Of a stretch of 64,000 nt of DNA, positions 59,234 through 64,000 are shown one piece after another. The DNA is from Myxococcota bacterium (GTDB taxonomy: Bacteria; Myxococcota; XYA12-FULL-58-9; JABJBS01): NCBI GenBank assembly GCA_036339465.1, contig JAYZAY010000089.1, positions 10,483-74,482 on the forward strand, given 5' to 3'. The position numbers and the translations under genes were made by a program. The notes beneath the pieces are model-generated. The model was given only the letters and a program-made list of their open reading frames with translations, was not told where the DNA came from and searched no databases. Position 1 is the stretch's first letter. Each line of letters starts with the position of its first letter.

Positions 59234-59629
59234 GCAACCGCCGATGTTTTGAGGTGGAACAAAGAGCTTTCGGTTGCACTTAACTGGTGTGCTTGTCTTA
59301 CCTGTTGAAAAGTGAATGTGCTGAAGGGACACTTGGGCCATGGTATTTCGCACCGAGCCCACCGTGGATGTGCGCACCAATCTTACGCTTTAGTTGGTGG
59401 GGTGCACAGCCTGCATCCCTTTAAGAGTGCGCCCTATTGTCTCGGTTTTACGGCTCCTTGGGTGGAGGGGGTGTTTGAGAGGGAAATCTTCGCCGCGATC
59501 CGCAAGCCCTCTAAGCGCTCTTATCTTCTTGATATGCTATTTCTTCGCAACGACTAGGTTTCCCGTGTTACGGTCTTGGAATTGAGTTCTGTGATCCAGC
59601 TGCTGACACTTGAGACGATTGGAGAAATT

Positions 59630-61177
59630 ATGGCCGATGGTGAGTCCCAAAAAAAGTTACAAATGAATCTGGTGGTCTTTGGCGCGAGTGTGGGGATCAT
59701 TGTTTTGATGTTGGTGGGCGCAGTGGTGGCCACGGATACGGTGGCCGGAGCTTTCAATACGATTCAAGCGGTCATTATGGAAAAGTTCGGCTGGCTCTAC
59801 GTCTTGTCCATAACTGGATTCCTGTTGTTTGCTTTTTGGATCATGCAGAGTAGATTTGGTCGAATCAAGCTCGGTCCTGACGATTGCGAACCCGATTTTG
59901 GTATGCTCACTTGGTTTGCTATGCTCTTTAGCGCGGGTATGGGCATTGGCCTCCTCTTTTTCAGTGTGGCTGAGCCCATGTCTCATTATGGCTCCCCGCC
60001 GAGTGGTGTAGGCAATACCTTGGAGAGCGCTAGAGGTGCCATGGGTGTCACTTTTTTTCATTGGGGACTTCATGGATGGGCGGTTTATTCGGTGGTGGGC
60101 TTATGCTTCGCCTATTTTAGTTTTCGTCGAGGGCTGCCTTTGTCGATTCGCTCTGCCTTTCATCCGCTCTTAGGGGATAAGATCAATGGACCCATTGGGG
60201 ATTTTGTCGATACCTTAGCCGTGGTGAGTACACTCTTTGGAGTGGCTACTTCCTTGGGATTGGGGGCCATGCAGGTCAATGCGGGATTGAATCATGTTTT
60301 TGGGGTACCGGAATCCATAACCATGCAGGTGGTGATTATTGGTTGTATTACGGCGATGGCGACCGCGTCGGTGGTGTCGGGGCTCGATGTTGGGATCCGT
60401 CGTTTGAGCGAGCTCAATATGGGGCTAGCGGTCCTACTTTTGATCTTTGTTTTTGTTGCTGGACCGACCGCATTTATCCTAAACGCATTTGTCGACAATA
60501 TCGGGTCCTATTTGACCCATCTACCCCGCCATTCCTTTTGGGTGGGTTCCTTCTCGTCTCCTCAAGAACAAACCTGGCTGAGTAACTGGACCATTTTTTA
60601 TTGGGCATGGTGGATCGCGTGGACGCCCTTTGTAAGCATGTTTATCGCCAGAGTTTCGAGAGGGCGAACCATTCGAGAATATATGGGGGCGGTTTTAGTG
60701 GCACCTACTTTGGCTGGTTTTGTGTGGCTTACGGTGTTTGGTGATGCTGCCCTTTTTGAAGAGATCTACGGTGGAGGGGGGATTGCAAGTGCGGTCAACG
60801 AAAGTATTCCCACGGCGCTATTCGTATTGCTGGACCGATATCCCTTGGCCTCAATCACAGGGCTCGTGGCCACGGTTTGCGTGATCCTATTTTTTATCAC
60901 GTCTTCGGACTCGGCATCTTTGGTGGTGGATACCATTGCTTCAGGCGGGGTTGAGGATCCACCGGTGATCCAGCGTGTGTTTTGGGCGGTTTTTGAGGGC
61001 GTGGTGGCGGGGGTGCTTCTTTTTGCCGGTGGACTCAAAGCGCTCCAGACCGCATCTTTGACCACGGCACTTCCTTTTTGTTTTGCGATTATCGTGATGT
61101 GTTGGGCTTTGGTGAAGGGGTTGAGAGAGGATGCTCTTGAGGTATCTGAGACAGAACAATCCAAGCCCGACTCTTAG
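59630..61177 (+). CDS. BCCT-family (betaine/choline/carnitine) transporter
   Basis: WFAMLFSAGMGIG, FFHWGLHGW.VY, GVATSLG, WT.FYWAWW.AW.PFV..FIAR.SRGRTIRE, TSSDS. Confidence 0.95.
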   Translation: MADGESQKKLQMNLVVFGASVGIIVLMLVGAVVATDTVAGAFNTIQAVIMEKFGWLYVLSITGFLLFAFWIMQSRFGRIKLGPDDCEPDFGMLTWFAMLFSAGMGIGLLFFSVAEPMSHYGSPPSGVGNTLESARGAMGVTFFHWGLHGWAVYSVVGLCFAYFSFRRGLPLSIRSAFHPLLGDKINGPIGDFVDTLAVVSTLFGVATSLGLGAMQVNAGLNHVFGVPESITMQVVIIGCITAMATASVVSGLDVGIRRLSELNMGLAVLLLIFVFVAGPTAFILNAFVDNIGSYLTHLPRHSFWVGSFSSPQEQTWLSNWTIFYWAWWIAWTPFVSMFIARVSRGRTIREYMGAVLVAPTLAGFVWLTVFGDAALFEEIYGGGGIASAVNESIPTALFVLLDRYPLASITGLVATVCVILFFITSSDSASLVVDTIASGGVEDPPVIQRVFWAVFEGVVAGVLLFAGGLKALQTASLTTALPFCFAIIVMCWALVKGLREDALEVSETEQSKPDS

Positions 61178-61843
61178 TTCGTGATGATGTTTTGACGGTG
61201 CGATGCTTCCTTTGTGATTTGTGACACGGGGCTGAGGCTTCTGATTCCTTTTCGGGATGGTTTGGTTTGTTTGGTGGTGGACCAGTTGCTTTCACCACGG
61301 ATATTTTTCATGCCACACCCTGTGGTTTTCTCTTTTAGGGATGATGCTTCTTGATGATGAAGGTATGGGTGTCATGGGTGGTGGGCGGTTTTCTATTTGG
61401 AGGTGGGTGCTTATCTCAAGAGAAAACGCTCCAGCCGCCCTTTTTCTCGTGGTAGGCTGGAAGGCGGTCTTTTTGGCCGGTGTTGCCATGGGCTTGGGGT
61501 GAGGATAAATTGGCGTCGGGCCCCACACTCTCACCGGACCGCAGTATACACAAGTTTTAAGAGGCAGTCTGCAATGGCGTGGGGCGCTTATCCCAATTTA
61601 GGTATGGGGTTAAACAAATCGAAAGGGAAAAACAATGTCTAATTTCTACCATACGAAGTTTTGAGGTCGCGTGGTCTGCGTTTTGAACTTCTGCTTGGAA
61701 TGTGTCGAAGCGGTTTTGGGAGATTGGTTGGCGTGGAGTTTTCCCGTGAATGCCTACCCGAAGAAGGTAGGCATTGGCCTAGGTGCTCTTAAGGGGGGGT
61801 AGGGAAATACAATTCCCAAGCCCAGCGGGTGGTGGGTCTGATT

Positions 61844-62260
61844 TTAGCTTAATCCTGCCAAGCGGAGAGCTTCTTTTGTTGTTTTCCCCATTTCGGAGCG
61901 GCATTCGCGGTAAATCTCATTCATCACCACCTCAAGCTCTCCTTTCCCTTTCCAGCAGGCTATGAGGTCGGAGGATGGGATCTCGTTGCGCAAAAGGCGA
62001 AATGCGTAGCTTGCCACATAGAGGTCGTCCACCAATCCAAAAGGCCCCAGTTGGTTTTCTGGATAGACATCTTCAGCCACCACAAAATAGGCCAACACCG
62101 AAGTTACAATGCCTTGATTCTCTCGGTTGAGATGGCCGCGGGTGAAAAGCAGCGCGTAGAATTCAAAGATCTCCGGCGCATATTTAACAGCCCGATCCCT
62201 GGCTCCATGATAATCTTTGCAAAACTCGCGGAGTTGTTTCCCATAGTCTGGAACGTCCAT
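61844..62260 (-). CDS. DUF1232/YkvA-family protein
   Basis: LAYFV...DV.PE...G.FG.VDD. Confidence 0.75.
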   Translation of the reverse strand: MDVPDYGKQLREFCKDYHGARDRAVKYAPEIFEFYALLFTRGHLNRENQGIVTSVLAYFVVAEDVYPENQLGPFGLVDDLYVASYAFRLLRNEIPSSDLIACWKGKGELEVVMNEIYRECRSEMGKTTKEALRLAGLS

Positions 62261-62463
62261 GCCGCGATTGTATCTTAAAAAGGTGGCCCAATTCCACACT
62301 CATCCCTCAATCTTTTCATCCTTCCATGGGAGAAAGCGCCGAATCCATATTTTTAGAAGAAGGGCGGTTTTGGGAGGCGTTCTTTTGAGGGGCGTTGTGG
62401 GGGATGGTGTGTTGTTTCGTTTTAAAAGACCCTACTTAGATGGGGGTATTTTCGAGGTTGTCT

Positions 62464-63234
62464 TTAGGAGGGGGTTTGGGGCAAAGCGGCTGCTTGAAGA
62501 TAGTGCGCTAAATCTACGGTTTCTCGAACGACGACTTCGTTTTGGACCACGTAGTCTCGGTCTTCGGTGATGCTATGGATGACCTTTTCCATTTTTCCAT
62601 GTTCACTGGATTCGGCAGAAACCCCTTCGTGTTTTTTGCCATATAGCCATCCTCGCGACAGGTGATAGTTGTTTTGGTCTAAGATCCCCGTGGAGAGATA
62701 GAGGGTACAGGGCTTACAAAGCGCGGGCTCGAGAATACCCGCTTCACTCTTTTCGTGGGTCATCTCCAGGTAGACTGAGGATTGGTATTCGGTCTCTCGG
62801 TATCCGTAATTATTTTTCTTCAAACGAACTCCCGGTTTGATGGTTCCCGATTCGAGAATGGCGGGAATGTTTGCACAATCGGTTTTGTGTCTAAGAAATT
62901 GAATGCCAGAGCGTTTGGCCATTTCGGATCTACGTCCAAGTTTGGGCTCTTCTTGGCTGCATTTGACAGCAAGAGCCATTGCGTTTTTGGCCGGTTGCAA
63001 TTGAACTTTCCCAAAGTTGGTGGTCATAGACGGTCTGGTTTTGACTGTGGTCTCGAAAGTATCTTGGGTTGAGCTATCTCGAATTTGAGGATCGGGTGTG
63101 GTTTCCGATTCTTCGGAGCAGGCATTGAGGGCGTGGGCTGCGGCGGCTGTGGCGAGGCCTAAGCCCAGCACTTTACCGACGGCATCAATCGAAAATAGAC
63201 GCTGGCCTAATCTTGACGCAACGCGTCCAAACAT
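62464..63234 (-). CDS. Putative lipoprotein with ADP-ribosyltransferase-like (DarT-like) C-terminal domain
   Basis: Hydrophobic stretch ending in lipobox LNAC; then LRHKTD..NIPAIL.SG.IK, SVYL, QNEVVV; SD AGGAAGG. Confidence 0.5.
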   Translation of the reverse strand: MFGRVASRLGQRLFSIDAVGKVLGLGLATAAAAHALNACSEESETTPDPQIRDSSTQDTFETTVKTRPSMTTNFGKVQLQPAKNAMALAVKCSQEEPKLGRRSEMAKRSGIQFLRHKTDCANIPAILESGTIKPGVRLKKNNYGYRETEYQSSVYLEMTHEKSEAGILEPALCKPCTLYLSTGILDQNNYHLSRGWLYGKKHEGVSAESSEHGKMEKVIHSITEDRDYVVQNEVVVRETVDLAHYLQAAALPQTPS

Positions 63235-63269
63235 GTTTCCTTCCTCATCACTCAGCTAGAGTTAAGTTC

Positions 63270-63637
63270 ATTGCTTTGGGTGATCATCGGCAATGGCCTT
63301 GAAGGGGTTGTTTGAATCTGAATGGGGTAGAGCCCTGGGAGGTGATTTTGTTGCTGGTAGATGCCTTCGGGAGGTGACCAGGGCTAAAATCAGATCGACA
63401 TCAACAGTCCTGAAACTCGAATGATAGGCGCTGCCGCCATGGAGCGTTTTAGAGCGATGAATTCTGAATGATCAGCTTCGGGCTTGGGATTGTGTAAGCT
63501 AAAGTCTCCGAGATTGGTTTAGATTTGTTTCGATGATTGATAGCAGCGACCAGGTTATGGCTGTGTACCGATGTGTTTTGACATTTTTTGACATTTGAGT
63601 TCGGTACCGTTTTTCTCTTTACCGTTAAAACCCGCAT
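63270..63637 (-). pseudogene. Degraded CheY-like receiver gene remnant
   Basis: MRVLTV...NLVAAIN..NKSKPISETLAYTIP, then shifted frames PEADHSEFIALKRS..APIIRVSG and TVDVDLILALV: receiver-domain element order with frameshifts and lost acidic residues. Confidence 0.45.
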
Positions 63638-63780
63638 CCAAGGTGATGACCTCGTTTCAATTTGGATGGGCTGCTCCGGCCTTGCCTTATTTACTTACTC
63701 AATTTCACCCGTTCCTAGCCACAACCCAGAAAAAGATGTTGTAATGAGCATAGATTCTGAAAATCCTGGCCCTAAGGAAT

Positions 63781-64000
63781 ATGCGCAACAAGTTTTTATC
63801 CATGGAAAACAGACCATTCACCAAAAGCTGTGACCCACCCTCACCTAGCTTAGCTAAGGAGGGGGCCAACCTGCGCGTGGTCTGTTTTTTGGGCTCAGCG
63901 GGCGCCTTGACTCAGCTAAGTGAAATATTTAACGACTTTGTGCCACCAAAGGACGTCGCTTGGGTTGTGGCGAATCATGGGCCTGCTTCGATGGTATTTG
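63781..64000 (+). CDS. CheB-type methylesterase-domain protein (runs off the right edge)
   Basis: Manual translation from ATG 63781 (SD AAGGA): ...LRVVCFLGSAGALTQLSEIF...AWVVANH, matching CheB GxSxGG and VxQH; not in the ORF track. Confidence 0.65.
   Translation, partial: MRNKFLSMENRPFTKSCDPPSPSLAKEGANLRVVCFLGSAGALTQLSEIFNDFVPPKDVAWVVANHGPASMVF

Noticed and set aside
61180..61800. G/T-rich gap with short minus-strand ORFs (APCHKS resembling a heme motif)
   Set aside because: There is no complete CxxCH or signal peptide, so a call cannot be supported.

Overview
Bacterial chromosomal segment, probably from a Myxococcota/deltaproteobacterial lineage. This is inferred from gene content, a Myxococcus-type LexA box, and AgmX-like and myxobacterial-style signalling proteins. 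From left to right it contains: a purM-purN-purH-purD-purE operon; a cheX(pseudo)-response regulator-HDOD module; a stand-alone, AT-rich, LexA-boxed dnaE2 behind a SNF2 helicase; a polysaccharide cluster containing an NlpC/P60-beta-barrel fusion; and housekeeping genes (tsaC, dciA-like, ribE, trpS, tcdA, gor) with a strikingly animal-like ASPDH homologue among them. An oxygenase-rich stretch follows (boxB/boxR, two PhyH, kynA, 2OG-Fe(II), Rieske, ctaA). It ends in a tightly coupled operon: luciferase-like monooxygenase, altered type-II asparaginase-like hydrolase, and amnB-amnA 2-aminophenol-type dioxygenase. That operon is the best candidate for an undescribed pathway. The right end has ppiA, a BCCT transporter, a putative ADP-ribosyltransferase-fold lipoprotein and the start of a CheB-like gene. 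Several small signalling genes (CheX, PilZ, REC) and a GNAT gene are frameshifted remnants. I saw no rRNA, tRNA, CRISPR array, transposase or phage genes. All calls come from motif recognition by eye; no database searches were run.
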